The notes: generated from the letters alone by a model not told the origin. 48,416 nt of DNA from Elusimicrobiota bacterium (GCA_043783505.1 JAYVZL010000361.1:1-48416); one strand, 5' to 3'; numbered from the stretch's first letter, positions 1-9,832 are shown. Made by a program: numbers and translations.

Positions 1-40
1 TACTGATAATCACTAGTTCCGGAACTAGTGATTATCAGTA
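1..40. repeat. Perfect 40-bp palindrome at the window edge (hairpin, terminator, fold-back artefact or element end)
   Basis: tactgataatcactagttcc (1-20) is the exact reverse complement of ggaactagtgattatcagta (21-40). It is AT-rich compared with its flanks. It lies 16 nt downstream of the minus-strand stop at 57-59. Confidence 0.9.
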
Positions 41-56
41 GTAAAAAGGGGCGGGG

Positions 57-542
57 TTAGGCTGTTTTGCGCGCCTTGCGGCGCGCCTCGGCGGCGGTCC
101 AGCGCTCTTTTTCGTCCGGAGTTTCCAGACGCAGGCCGGGAACCGGCGACGGACGGCCCTTAGAGTCGACGGCCACCATGGTCACGAGGCAGGAGTTGGT
201 GTGGACTCGGCGGCCGCCGGGCATGTCCTCGGCGTATACGTCGACGCCGATCTCCATGGAGGAGCGCCCGGTGTGGTTGACCCGGGCAGTGGCGATTAGA
301 AAGGTGCCCACGCGGATGGGGACGAGGAACTCGACGCGTTCCATGGCCACGGTGACCACCGGCTTGCCGGAGTGGCGCATGGCGCAGACTGAAGCGGCTT
401 TGTCCACCATCTGTAGGACCTTGCCGCCGAAAACAGTGCCGTGCATGTTCGCGTCCGGGGGGAACATCAGGTCGGCGACGTCGGAGACCGAGTCGCGCAC
501 GGACTTTGGCGACAGCGCCTTCCCGACCTTCTTAGCGGCCAT
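57..542 (-). CDS. Acyl-CoA thioesterase, hotdog fold (YciA/ACOT-like)
   Basis: The ORF 57..680 is trimmed to the internal ATG at 542 (MAAKKVGK...). The upstream part overlaps the preceding gene and has shadow-like Pro/Arg/Ser composition. Core motifs seen: PPDANMHGTVFGGKVL...VTVAMERVEFLVPIRVG...GRSSMEIGVDV. Confidence 0.75.
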   Translation of the reverse strand: MAAKKVGKALSPKSVRDSVSDVADLMFPPDANMHGTVFGGKVLQMVDKAASVCAMRHSGKPVVTVAMERVEFLVPIRVGTFLIATARVNHTGRSSMEIGVDVYAEDMPGGRRVHTNSCLVTMVAVDSKGRPSPVPGLRLETPDEKERWTAAEARRKARKTA

Positions 543-1314
543 TGCCGTAATACCGGGGGCGGCGGTCGGCGAACAGGTCGCAGTCCGGGTGGACTTTCTT
601 ATCCTTGGCGGTCCAGGCGTCGATGGTGACGACGGCGGCCCCGGGCTGGTCGTGGCCCAGGCGCGCCAGCAGCGAGCCATTGGGCGAAACGACCTGGGAC
701 TGGCCGATATAGCGCAGTCCGCGCTCGGCGCCGACCCGGTTGGCCGTGGCGGAGAAGACGCGGTTTTCGAGGGAGCGGACCTTCATGCCCTCGGGGCCCC
801 AGGGTAGAACGAGGTTCGAGGGATGGGCGATGATCTCGGCGCCTTTGAGGGCCAAGGTGCGCGCGCTTTCAGGAAAGAACCAGTCGAAGCAGATCATGAC
901 GCCGATAGACACCCCTTTGACTTTCTCCGTCCAAAAGCCGGTGTCTCCGGGCGTGAAGTACTTCTTCTCTCCGCCGAACAAATGGGTTTTACGATAGACG
1001 CGTCCTTTGGCGCCGTTGACCAAGATCGCGGAGTTGTACAGCTTGCTTCCCGCCTTTTCCGGGAACCCCGCGACGATGGCGCATCCGTTTTTGACGGAGT
1101 AGGCTTTTAGCAGGGAGACCAGTGGGCCGTTTGCCGTTTCGGCGCACTTGGCCGCCTCTTTTTTCGTCTTAAAGTTATAACCGGAGGCGAAGAACTCGGG
1201 AAGGACCCAAAGATCGGCGTGTTGCCGGTCCATCAGTTCGAAGCAGGCCTTGATGTTTTGCGGCGCCTTGAGGAACTTCGGCGAATTTTGGATGACACCG
1301 AGTCGAAATTCCAT
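532..1314 (-). CDS. Carbon-nitrogen hydrolase family (nitrilase/amidase-like)
   Basis: Starts MEFRLGVIQN. The Glu-Lys-Cys signature contexts are present: LWVLPEFF, YRKTHLF and GVMICFDWFFPE. An AGGA lies 8 nt upstream of the ATG at 1314. Confidence 0.8.
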   Translation of the reverse strand: MEFRLGVIQNSPKFLKAPQNIKACFELMDRQHADLWVLPEFFASGYNFKTKKEAAKCAETANGPLVSLLKAYSVKNGCAIVAGFPEKAGSKLYNSAILVNGAKGRVYRKTHLFGGEKKYFTPGDTGFWTEKVKGVSIGVMICFDWFFPESARTLALKGAEIIAHPSNLVLPWGPEGMKVRSLENRVFSATANRVGAERGLRYIGQSQVVSPNGSLLARLGHDQPGAAVVTIDAWTAKDKKVHPDCDLFADRRPRYYGNGR

Positions 1315-1362
1315 GGCCGATCCTACCAAAAAATAGATGGCCATGAATGATCCGTGGCGTCC

Positions 1363-3180
1363 TTAGTGCGAGAACAGCACTTTGAAGGCATCCTCGGGAG
1401 AACTTTGGCCCGAGGCGACGAGCTCGATGGCCCCGCGCCGCATCGGCGTCATCCCTTCGGCGACGGCTTGGCGAAAAATGGCGTCTTCATCGCCCGTCAA
1501 TACGAGACGGCGCAGCTCGATGCTGTCGAGATCCATCACCTCGAAGACAGGGCGGCGGCCGATAAATCCCGTGCCTTTGCATTTTTTGCATCCGAACGCT
1601 CTATAGACCTTCCCGATTAAGGTGCGTTCCTCGGGAGAAAGCAGGGCGGCTTCCGCCGGAACCAGGGGGCTGGCCCGCTTGCAGTCCGGGCACAGAAGAC
1701 GGACCAGACGCTGGCCGATAATGAGCCTAAGGGCCGCGGCGATAAGATAGGGCTTGATGCCGATGTTGATCAAGCGCGTCACCGTGGCCGCGGCGGAATT
1801 GGTGTGCAGCGTGGAGAGGACCATGTGGCCGGTCACGGCGGCGCGCATGCCGATCTCGGCGGTCTCCAGGTCCCGCATCTCGCCGACGAGGATGACGTTG
1901 GGGTCTTGGCGCAGCAGCGAGCGCAGCACGCGCTCGAAGGTCAGACCTGCGTCGGGGTTGACCGACACTTGCGTTATCCCCGGGAGCTTGTACTCCACCG
2001 GGTCCTCGACGGTCACGATGTTGCGGTCCTCCGTGTTGAGCTTGCTGAGCATCGTGTACAGAGTGGTCGTCTTTCCCGAGCCGGTCGGACCGGTGGCGAG
2101 AACGATGCCCTGAGGCGCGCTGAGGATGGTCTCCACACAGATCTTGTCCCGGGGCTTCATGTCCATGCTCGCCTCGGAGAGATTGCCTTTGTCCTGCGCG
2201 AGCAGGCGCAGGACCAGCTTTTCGCCGTACAACGAGGGCAAAGTACTCATGCGGCATTCCGTGTCCTTCACCGCGGGGTTGCGTATTTGAAATCGGCCGT
2301 CCTGAGGAAGCCGGTGCTCGGAAATGTCGAGGTTGGCCATGATCTTAAGCCGCGCGGCTACTTTCGCGCTTAATCGAGACGGAAGCCGATGCGCGACCTT
2401 GAGCACGCCGTTGACTCGCATGCGTATGACGAGCTCCGATGATTGCGGCTCGATGTGGATGTCGCTGGCGCCAAGCGTGGCGGCTTCGGCGACGATGCGA
2501 TCGACCATGATGACCAATGGAGAGTTCTCCTTGGCCAAGATCGAATTGTTGAACTCCCCGCTCCCGCTCTCAAGGACGTCGGCGGCGTTTCCCGCCTCTA
2601 AGATCAACTGCTTAAAATCGGCGTCCAGCTTCGCCGCGGCGACGGGCTGTATTTCCTGCGGAACGCCCGCGGTGGATGCCACAAGAACTATTTTTCCTGC
2701 GGCTGGACCGTCCGCGGGCAAGACGAGGGGCGGAGCAGAGGGAGAGACGGACAAAAAGGGGGCCGTAAACTCCTCTTTCGCGCCGTTCGTGGCGTTCGCG
2801 TTCTCCGGGTCTTTTGCCGGGACTTGCGCGAGGGCCGCCTTGACGGCGGCGGCCAGGGCGTCGATGTCGAAAGGCTTGACCAGGAAAGCGGACACCTCGA
2901 GCTCGACTAGCCCGTGTATCTCCTTCTTCGTTCCCGTCAGCATGATGACCGGAATCTTCGTCCAGCCGCCCTGCCGTATCTTGGTCAGCACTTGAAAGCC
3001 GTTGATCTCGGGCATCTCGAAGTCGAGGACGACGAGATCAAAGCCGGGAGGGTTGTTCAGATAGGACAGGACATTCCGGCCGTTGTTGAGTGTCGTGACC
3101 TTCATCCCCTCCTGCTCGAGGACCCATTTGATCACCAGCGTCACGTTCGGATCGTCATCGATCGTGAGAATTCGGGCCAT
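1363..3180 (-). CDS. Response-regulator receiver fused to a GspE/PilB-type secretion ATPase
   Basis: The N-terminus is a REC domain (ILTIDDD...DLVVLDFEMP...IMLTG...VKPF). The C-terminus is a T2SS-E ATPase with Walker A GPTGSGKTTT, EDPVEY, LRQDPNVILVGEMRD and a tetracysteine CPDC...CKKCKGTG. Start chosen at MARILTIDDD (ATG at 3180). Confidence 0.85.
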   Translation of the reverse strand: MARILTIDDDPNVTLVIKWVLEQEGMKVTTLNNGRNVLSYLNNPPGFDLVVLDFEMPEINGFQVLTKIRQGGWTKIPVIMLTGTKKEIHGLVELEVSAFLVKPFDIDALAAAVKAALAQVPAKDPENANATNGAKEEFTAPFLSVSPSAPPLVLPADGPAAGKIVLVASTAGVPQEIQPVAAAKLDADFKQLILEAGNAADVLESGSGEFNNSILAKENSPLVIMVDRIVAEAATLGASDIHIEPQSSELVIRMRVNGVLKVAHRLPSRLSAKVAARLKIMANLDISEHRLPQDGRFQIRNPAVKDTECRMSTLPSLYGEKLVLRLLAQDKGNLSEASMDMKPRDKICVETILSAPQGIVLATGPTGSGKTTTLYTMLSKLNTEDRNIVTVEDPVEYKLPGITQVSVNPDAGLTFERVLRSLLRQDPNVILVGEMRDLETAEIGMRAAVTGHMVLSTLHTNSAAATVTRLINIGIKPYLIAAALRLIIGQRLVRLLCPDCKRASPLVPAEAALLSPEERTLIGKVYRAFGCKKCKGTGFIGRRPVFEVMDLDSIELRRLVLTGDEDAIFRQAVAEGMTPMRRGAIELVASGQSSPEDAFKVLFSH

Positions 3181-3247
3181 GTCCCCAAGGATAGCCAGGG
3201 GTCCGGAATTAATCAAGGGGCGCATGATTAATATACAATCAACGATT

Positions 3248-4579
3248 ATGAGAAAAATTTGGATGGCCGCTCTCTTGGCGGCTTCGCCGGCCGCCGGTCA
3301 AAATCTCAAGTTCACGAAGTTCACTCTCGCAAACGGCTTACGGGTGGTGCTTTCGCGCGACGTTTCCGTGCCGGTGACTGCCGTCACCATGATCGTCGAC
3401 GTCGGCGGCCGCCATGAGGCCCCGGGTCGTTCAGGTTTCGCGCATCTCTTCGAGCACATGATGTTCGAGGGATCAAAGCACGTCCCCAAGGGCGAGTTCG
3501 ATAGAATATTGGAGAGTTACGGCGGCGACAACAACGCTTCGACGCACGAGGATTTCACTTTTTATTACGAGGAGATACCTTCCAACGCGCTGCCCGTGAC
3601 GTTGTGGCTCGATGCCGACAGGGTGGGCGCGCTCAGCGTCACTGCCGAGGCGACTAAGAACCAGATTGAGGTCGTCAAAGAGGAGAAGCGCATGCGCGTC
3701 GACAACGAGCCTTACGGAGCGCTGCTCGCCGTGGACATGGCGTCGCATACCTTCACGAACTGGCAGAACGCGCACCCGACGATCGGCTCCTTTCAGGATT
3801 TGGATGCGGCATCGCTTCGGGACGTGCGGGAGTTCTTTGAGGCTTATTACTCGCCCGACAATATAATAATGGCCATCGTCGGCGACATTGATTTAGCCGA
3901 AACGAGACGGCTTGTCGAGGCCTACTTCGGGCCGCTGCCGACGAAGCCTCGCCCGCCTAAAGCGAATATTTCCGAACCAGCACCTTCAGGCGAGAAGACG
4001 ATCGCGTTAAGCGACGCGCACGCGAAGCTGCCGGCGATCGGCTTTACCTGGAAAGACGCCCCCGAGCGCGGAACACGGGATTATTACGCCCTGCTGCTCC
4101 TGGGACGGTCATTTTTCTCCGGCAAAAGCGCGCGCCTCTATCAAAAGCTGGTCAAGGAATCTCAAGTTGCCGTAGCACTCGACGGCGGCTTGGGTTTTCC
4201 GATATCGGATTGGGATGAGTACAAGGCGCCGGGGTCCTTCGGCGGCTACGTCACGTATAAGCGCGATCGCCAGGCCGGCGAGCTTAAGAGGCTGGTGTCG
4301 GCGGAGATCGCCAAGGTCGCCAAAGAAGGTTTGAGCGCCGCTGAACTCGAGCGCGTCAAGATCAAGTTCCGCTCCGATTGGCTGCGCTCGGCCGAGACGA
4401 GGCTGGGCAGGGCTCAGCGCCTGCTCTATGCCGCCTTGCTCGACGGCGATCCCGAGGCCGGCAATCGTGAACTCGCGCGCTTTATGGCCGTCACGCCCGA
4501 CCAGATTCGCGGCGCCGCGGCGCGGCTTGTTCCCGCTGCTGCAACATGGTTTGAGCTCGCCGCGGGAGGGGCTCAATGA
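3248..4579 (+). CDS. M16 (pitrilysin/insulinase) zinc peptidase, catalytic subunit, secreted
   Basis: Signal peptide MRKIWMAALLAASPAAG. Inverted zinc motif HLFEH in GFAHLFEHMMFEGSKH. Trimmed from ORF 3083..4579 to the ATG at 3248. Confidence 0.85.
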   Translation: MRKIWMAALLAASPAAGQNLKFTKFTLANGLRVVLSRDVSVPVTAVTMIVDVGGRHEAPGRSGFAHLFEHMMFEGSKHVPKGEFDRILESYGGDNNASTHEDFTFYYEEIPSNALPVTLWLDADRVGALSVTAEATKNQIEVVKEEKRMRVDNEPYGALLAVDMASHTFTNWQNAHPTIGSFQDLDAASLRDVREFFEAYYSPDNIIMAIVGDIDLAETRRLVEAYFGPLPTKPRPPKANISEPAPSGEKTIALSDAHAKLPAIGFTWKDAPERGTRDYYALLLLGRSFFSGKSARLYQKLVKESQVAVALDGGLGFPISDWDEYKAPGSFGGYVTYKRDRQAGELKRLVSAEIAKVAKEGLSAAELERVKIKFRSDWLRSAETRLGRAQRLLYAALLDGDPEAGNRELARFMAVTPDQIRGAAARLVPAAATWFELAAGGAQ

Positions 4580-5982
4580 ACGCCTTCTTTCTGGTCTTAT
4601 CAATGACGATTGTCGCGACGTCATCTGCCGTGGATATGACAAAGCCTCCGGAGGCGGCCCCTATGCGCGCGGTGAAGCTGCCGCCGCGATCGCAATGGCA
4701 GCTCAAAAACGGCCTGACGGTCGTGCTCGTGACGGACCGACGAGTTCCCCTGATCACCGGACGATTATCCGTGAGGGGCGGGGCTGCCGCGGTGGCCGCC
4801 GAAGACGCGGGCCTGGCCGAAGCCGTGGCTGAATTGCTGACCGACGGCACTGCGCGTAAGACGTCCAAGGAGATATCCGACGCGGCGGAGCTTTTCGGCG
4901 GCTCGATCGCGGCCTCCGCGGGTCCCGACACGATAGTTCTAAGCGCGTCGGCACTAGCCGAAAAGGCGGACGCGATGGCTTCGTTGATGGCGGAAGTCAT
5001 CCGCACGCCGATCTTTCCCGAAGCGGAAGTCGCTCTGCGTAAAGCCAATATGAAGGAAGAGCTCGAGGCTTCTCGCGCCGAAAGCGATTTTTTGGCCGGC
5101 GTTGTCTTTCATAAAAAGATTTTCAGCGGGCATCCGTACGCCGTTACCGCTCCCACGGACGATTCGATTCAACGGCTCGAACGCGAAACAGTGGGCGCGG
5201 CCGCTAAGCGCCTTCTTACGCCGCATGGCGCCCTGTTGGTTCTCGTAGGAGACATCTCCAAGGAGGACGCGCAGGCTCTCGTGGAAAAGTATTTCGGCTC
5301 TTGGGCCGGCGGACCGGCCGCTCAGGACGCGCCGCCGTTGACGGCGAAGAAGGCGGAACGCACGATCTATCTGTTTGACCGGCCGAAATCGAGCCAGGTG
5401 TCGTTTCTTTTCGGAAATCAGGTCGTGCGCGAGGACCACCCGTCCTATTTCGATCTTTTGATCGCCAATCAAGTGCTTGGCGGCTCTTTTTCCTCGCGCC
5501 TGGTCCGCGACATCCGCGAGAGCAAAGGCTACACGTACAACATCGGAAGCCGTTTTGAGCATCGACTGAGCGGGTCGCTGCTGCGAATTCGCACGCCCGT
5601 GCGAAACGAAGTCGCCGAACCCGCGCTCGCGGCGATCCTAGCCCACCTCGACGCGCTTCACCGTAAGGATGTGACCGACGACGAGCTCAAGCAGGCAAAG
5701 ACCTATTTGGCCGGCAGCTTCGCCCGCTCCCTCGAAACGCAGGATGGGGTGGCCGACGCGGTCCTTAAACTCAAGCAACTCCGCTTGCCGGACGACTGGT
5801 ACGATTCCTATGTCGATAATGTCCAGGCGGTAAGCGCCGCCGGAGCCAGGCGCGCGGCGGAAAATTTCATTCGGCCGGACGAGTTGACGATCGTCGCCGT
5901 CGGCGACGCGGCGAAGGTGAAGGACGCGCTCGCCAAGTTCAGCGCGCGGCCGATCGTCGCCGTAGACCAAGACGGCAACTGA
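4576..5982 (+). CDS. M16 family peptidase partner subunit with no HxxEH motif (probably non-catalytic)
   Basis: ATGA overlap with the upstream M16 gene. M16-like length and layout. The position where HxxEH is expected reads GLAEAVAELLTDG. Confidence 0.75.
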   Translation: MNAFFLVLSMTIVATSSAVDMTKPPEAAPMRAVKLPPRSQWQLKNGLTVVLVTDRRVPLITGRLSVRGGAAAVAAEDAGLAEAVAELLTDGTARKTSKEISDAAELFGGSIAASAGPDTIVLSASALAEKADAMASLMAEVIRTPIFPEAEVALRKANMKEELEASRAESDFLAGVVFHKKIFSGHPYAVTAPTDDSIQRLERETVGAAAKRLLTPHGALLVLVGDISKEDAQALVEKYFGSWAGGPAAQDAPPLTAKKAERTIYLFDRPKSSQVSFLFGNQVVREDHPSYFDLLIANQVLGGSFSSRLVRDIRESKGYTYNIGSRFEHRLSGSLLRIRTPVRNEVAEPALAAILAHLDALHRKDVTDDELKQAKTYLAGSFARSLETQDGVADAVLKLKQLRLPDDWYDSYVDNVQAVSAAGARRAAENFIRPDELTIVAVGDAAKVKDALAKFSARPIVAVDQDGN

Positions 5983-6003
5983 CGCTTTTGATAGTATCAG
6001 TCG

Positions 6004-7056
6004 ATGAAATTGTTTCTGCTTCCGGCCTGGCTCTTTCTCGTCGTCGGCGCTAGCGCCCAGACGACCCGGCTTATCGAACTGCCCGACGGCAGCCGGCGGA
6101 GCATGACGCAAGATCAGATCAAAAAACTCTCTCTCCAATCTCACGAAGGCGGGGACTGCCCGGGCTTTATCGATGTGACCGACGCGCAGGCCGGGATCGG
6201 GATCATGAGCGCCGATCACGAGCCCTGGGCCCAGCTGAAGACGCCGATCCCGGCGCAGAAAGAAATCGTCGGCAAGCTTCTCTTGGAGCTGTCCGCTTCA
6301 GAGCTTCTTTCCAATGTCCTGGAGATATCGCGCTATCCCGATCGTGCCTATGACAGCGAGCGGGGCGAGAAAGCCGCTCATTGGGTTCGCGACCGCTTCG
6401 CCGCCGCGGGAGGCTCGCCTGAGCTTATTAAACACCCGCAGTGGCGACAGCCCACGGTCGTCGCCCGGCTCAAGGGGTCGGGGCCCCATGCCGACGAGCT
6501 CGTCGTCCTCGGCGCGCACATGGACTCAGTCGATGGCGCGCCCGGCGCCGACGACAACGGCTCGGGCGTCGCGGTTCTTCTCGAGGTATTCCGAGTGTTG
6601 TCGAAGTCCGGCCTCAAGCTCGACCGCACCATCGAGTTCATCGGATACTCCGCCGAGGAGCCGGGGCTGCGCGGGAGCCAAGCCATCGCCCAGCGCTACA
6701 AGCGAGAAGGTCGCAAGATTTTCGGCGTGCTTAATTTTGACATGGTCATGTATCATGAGTCGAAGCCGGCCGTCGGCGTCACGATGATGCCGGAGCTCAA
6801 TTTCGAGCTCGTCGCCGCTCTTAAGAAGCTAATCGAGACGTACTCGTCCCTGCCTTGGGAGGAGCGCCATACCTGCTGCAGCGACTGGAAGTCTTGGGCG
6901 CAATCCGGATTTCCCGCCGCAAACATGCGCGACGATCCCGCCTACCCGCATTACCATCGCCCCGGCGACACGCCCGACAAGCTCGACGCCGCCTACGGAC
7001 TGCAGTTCGCCCGGGTCGCGCTGGCCTTCGCCGTCGAGCTTGGCTTAGCGCGCTAG
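6004..7056 (+). CDS. M28 family aminopeptidase, secreted
   Basis: Signal peptide MKLFLLPAWLFLVVGASA. Metal-ligand contexts are present: GAHMDSV, GADDNGSGVAVLLE, YSAEEPGLRGS and HYHRPGD. Confidence 0.8.
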   Translation: MKLFLLPAWLFLVVGASAQTTRLIELPDGSRRSMTQDQIKKLSLQSHEGGDCPGFIDVTDAQAGIGIMSADHEPWAQLKTPIPAQKEIVGKLLLELSASELLSNVLEISRYPDRAYDSERGEKAAHWVRDRFAAAGGSPELIKHPQWRQPTVVARLKGSGPHADELVVLGAHMDSVDGAPGADDNGSGVAVLLEVFRVLSKSGLKLDRTIEFIGYSAEEPGLRGSQAIAQRYKREGRKIFGVLNFDMVMYHESKPAVGVTMMPELNFELVAALKKLIETYSSLPWEERHTCCSDWKSWAQSGFPAANMRDDPAYPHYHRPGDTPDKLDAAYGLQFARVALAFAVELGLAR

Positions 7057-7802
7057 TCCGCGGATTTTAGGACGGCGGGCAAGGTCGAAGCCGGCACCGC
7101 GCGCACGCGCGCCGATACTTCGTTAACCCCGGAGCTCTTGTACCGCACGAGCAATGATTTTTTTCGGATCTTGACCGAGACGATGCCGCAGTCGGCGCGG
7201 CAGGCGAGAAAAATCGCCATCTGCGCGGAAAAATCGACGGAAGGCGCTTTCTTGGGAAGCCCCGCGGCGGTCCAGGCTGTTTGCAGCGATGCGGCGTTCT
7301 TGAGGATTAAGGCGGTCGGAGCCGGGGCGACGGGGCGCGCCGGCGGAGCGATGTGTTCGTGGCCGGATTCTATTTCGATGATCTTGACGATTCCCATCCG
7401 CTTCTTTTGCTTCTCCAGATCTTGATAGAGACGCTCGTTGATGGCCGAGCGCTCCTCTTCACTTCGTGGATTGAAGGCGCCGGGGGCCGGCGCGGCCTTA
7501 TCTTCCACGGCCTCGAGGGGTTTTCCGGGAGCGGATTTCTGGGAGCTGGCGGCCGCTCTGCGTTCGGCGGGCTTCGTCAAGCCGCCGCTTAAGTCCAATT
7601 GCGAGGACGGGGCGTCCGCCGCGGTTTTGACGTCGACCTTATCTCCCTGCCAGCCGACGGGGACGGGAGTCGGCTCCACCGGCGGATGGATCTTCTCCCA
7701 AACGGCGAAGGCGACAAGCGAAGCGGAGAGGATGAAAACCGGCAGGCGATAGGTCGGTGGCAGGAACACCCACTGCTTTTGATCTTGAGGAGAGGCCATC
7801 AC
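7053..7802 (-). CDS. Membrane-anchored hypothetical protein (C-terminus weakly PrcB_C-like)
   Basis: One N-terminal TM helix (LPVFILSASLVAFAVW), then a Pro/Ala-rich linker, then a C-terminal ~80-aa globular part. Its start abuts the scoB stop, with a 1-nt gap. Confidence 0.5.
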   Translation of the reverse strand: MMASPQDQKQWVFLPPTYRLPVFILSASLVAFAVWEKIHPPVEPTPVPVGWQGDKVDVKTAADAPSSQLDLSGGLTKPAERRAAASSQKSAPGKPLEAVEDKAAPAPGAFNPRSEEERSAINERLYQDLEKQKKRMGIVKIIEIESGHEHIAPPARPVAPAPTALILKNAASLQTAWTAAGLPKKAPSVDFSAQMAIFLACRADCGIVSVKIRKKSLLVRYKSSGVNEVSARVRAVPASTLPAVLKSAD

Positions 7803-7803
7803 G

Positions 7804-8469
7804 CTAATCCGCGTAAGTCGCGATCTGGGAGGCGGGCGTAAAGGGCGCGCCGGTAAGCGACTTGATCTGGTCGAGGGTCGTGTTGGGAGACATCGCTGTT
7901 AGGACTAGACCCTCTTTGCCTATCTCGAAGGTGGCGAGTTCGGTGACGATCGCGTGCACCACGCCTTTGCCGGTCAGCGGCAGCGTGCATTTGGGCAGGA
8001 TCTTCGGCTTGCCGTCCTTGGTGGCGTGTTCCATGGCCACGATCACACGCTTGGCGCCGGCGACCATGTCCATGGCCCCGCCCATGCCCTTGACTTTCTT
8101 GCCCGGGATCATCCAATTGGCCAGGTCGCCGTCCGCGGAGACCTCCATGGCGCCGAGCACGGTCGCGTCTAGGTGCCCGCCTCGGACGATCGCGAAGGAC
8201 TCGTGAGACCCGAAATAGGAACAACCGGGCAACTCGGTCACGGTTTCCTTGCCCGCGTTGATTAGATCGGGGTCCTGGTCGCCTTCGCGTGGATAGGGGC
8301 CGTAGCCGAGCATCCCGTTTTCGGTGTGCAAGGTGACTTCCACGCCCTTGGGCAGGTAATTGGGGATCAAAGTCGGGATGCCGATGCCGAGATTGACGTA
8401 GGCGCCGTTCTGCAGAAGGCGCGCGGCCTGTTTGGCGATGACGACGCGGGAATCTTTTGGTTCAGGCAT
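7804..8469 (-). CDS. scoB: 3-oxoacid CoA-transferase subunit B
   Basis: [23 protein letters not shown]...[10 protein letters not shown]...NAGKETVT...[11 protein letters not shown]...[18 protein letters not shown]. Full length (221 aa). Confidence 0.85.
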   Translation of the reverse strand: MPEPKDSRVVIAKQAARLLQNGAYVNLGIGIPTLIPNYLPKGVEVTLHTENGMLGYGPYPREGDQDPDLINAGKETVTELPGCSYFGSHESFAIVRGGHLDATVLGAMEVSADGDLANWMIPGKKVKGMGGAMDMVAGAKRVIVAMEHATKDGKPKILPKCTLPLTGKGVVHAIVTELATFEIGKEGLVLTAMSPNTTLDQIKSLTGAPFTPASQIATYAD

Positions 8470-8482
8470 TGGTCGCGCGGCC

Positions 8483-9715
8483 CTAAATAAGGAGCTGAGC
8501 CTGTTCCTTGGGCAGCAACACGAAGAAGGACGAGCCTTTGTTGAGCTCGCTCTCGACGCGGACCATGCCTTGATGGGCGTGGATGATGCTGCGGCAAATT
8601 AGCAGCCCCAGCCCAAAGCCTTCTTTCTTGCCTTGGACCGCATTGGATCCGCGGATGAACGCGTTGAAGATATCGTCGATATTCTCAGACGGAATGCCCT
8701 GTCCGTGATCGTCGACGCGCACCTCGACGTTGCGATTCTGCTCGGTCACGCTTATTTCCGCGCCGGTGTTCTGAGGGGAGTACTTTAGCGCGTTTTCGAC
8801 GATATGGACGAGAGCCTCTTCGATTTTCGAGGCGTCCATCTCGACGATCACCGGTTGGGGCGGGCAGGACAGCTTGATCGGGACCTGCGGATGGATGACG
8901 CGGAATTTGGCGGCTATTTTTTCGACCACCTGCCGAATATCGGACCTTGTCAGCTGAAGCGGAACGCTGGTCGATTCCGTCAGCTGCACCTTTAATAGAT
9001 CGTCGATTAGGCGCAGCATCCTTTCCCCTTCGTCTCGCATCTCGCGCAGGCAGTCCGTGATTTTGACCGGATCTAGATGGATTTTCGGATCAAGCGCGCG
9101 CTGGATCGAGCTAAGGAGGATGCCCAACGGATTTTTGAGCTCGTTGGAGACGAGGCTGATGTACTGGTTCTTGTCCTCCGTCAGTTGGCGAAGCTTATAG
9201 TTCGTATCCAGGAGATCTCGAGTCCGGTGCTTGACGACGTCCTCGAGTTTGATGTGGCGGCTATCCTCATCCTGCTGGAGCTTCTTGAGCCCCAAATGCA
9301 TCGAGATGATGTTGAAGAACTCATCCAGCGAGAACGGCTTGCTTAAATAATCGGTGGCGCCCAGGCGCAGGGCGCGGACCACCGCGTCGTAGTCCGCAAA
9401 ACCGGTGATCAGGATGACCGGGATCTTGGTCTTGCTCTCTCGGCGGGCCTCCTCGGCCCGTATGCCTTCCAGGAGATCCACGCCGTTCATGTCCGGCATG
9501 CGCATATCCGTGATCACCAAGTCGATGCGCATGCGAGTGAACAGCTCGAGTGCGACGACGCCGTTATCGGCGGCGAAGACTTGATAGCCCTTCATCTCCA
9601 CGCCGCGGCTGAGGCTGTCGCGAAAGTTCTTGTCGTCCTCGACGATCAGGATCGTCTCTTTTAGAGCGGCAATGTTTTCGCTCGTGCGCTCGGAGGGGGC
9701 TTGCTTCTCGGTCAT
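8483..9715 (-). CDS. Hybrid REC-HisKA-HATPase protein whose H-box His is replaced by Asn (kinase paralog A)
   Basis: REC motifs: [26 protein letters not shown]. The DHp H-box reads [11 protein letters not shown], and I checked the aac codon on the nucleotide sequence near 9150. The N, G1 and G2 boxes are intact ([22 protein letters not shown]). Trimmed from ORF 8483..10426 to the ATG at 9715. Confidence 0.8.
   Translation of the reverse strand: MTEKQAPSERTSENIAALKETILIVEDDKNFRDSLSRGVEMKGYQVFAADNGVVALELFTRMRIDLVITDMRMPDMNGVDLLEGIRAEEARRESKTKIPVILITGFADYDAVVRALRLGATDYLSKPFSLDEFFNIISMHLGLKKLQQDEDSRHIKLEDVVKHRTRDLLDTNYKLRQLTEDKNQYISLVSNELKNPLGILLSSIQRALDPKIHLDPVKITDCLREMRDEGERMLRLIDDLLKVQLTESTSVPLQLTRSDIRQVVEKIAAKFRVIHPQVPIKLSCPPQPVIVEMDASKIEEALVHIVENALKYSPQNTGAEISVTEQNRNVEVRVDDHGQGIPSENIDDIFNAFIRGSNAVQGKKEGFGLGLLICRSIIHAHQGMVRVESELNKGSSFFVLLPKEQAQLLI
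9281..9327. repeat. 47-bp perfect inverted repeat, copy 1 (inside kinase paralog A)
   Basis: cttcttgagccccaaatgcatcgagatgatgttgaagaactcatcca is the exact reverse complement of 13853..13899. Confidence 0.9.
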
Positions 9716-9763
9716 GAGTTTTGTTTTCCGCGGGAGATGGTGTGTCGCTTGTGTACCGGCGTC

Positions 9764-9792
9764 TTGACAATAGTGGATTCGCATCATAACAT
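9764..9792 (+). promoter_or_regulatory. Candidate sigma70-type promoter for the beta-propeller/CheY operon
   Basis: TTGACA (9764-9769), a 17-nt spacer, then TAACAT (9787-9792). It lies in the 117-bp divergent intergenic region. GGGAGA RBS at 9821-9826. Confidence 0.35.
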
Positions 9793-9832
9793 ATGCCCGC
9801 GGATCGTAAAAAGTTCCGATGGGAGAAAAATA

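Noticed and set aside
4576-5982. Second M16 gene lacking HxxEH, considered as a possible pseudo-enzyme finding
   Set aside because: Active/inactive M16 subunit pairs are the normal arrangement for this family, so this is not unusual.
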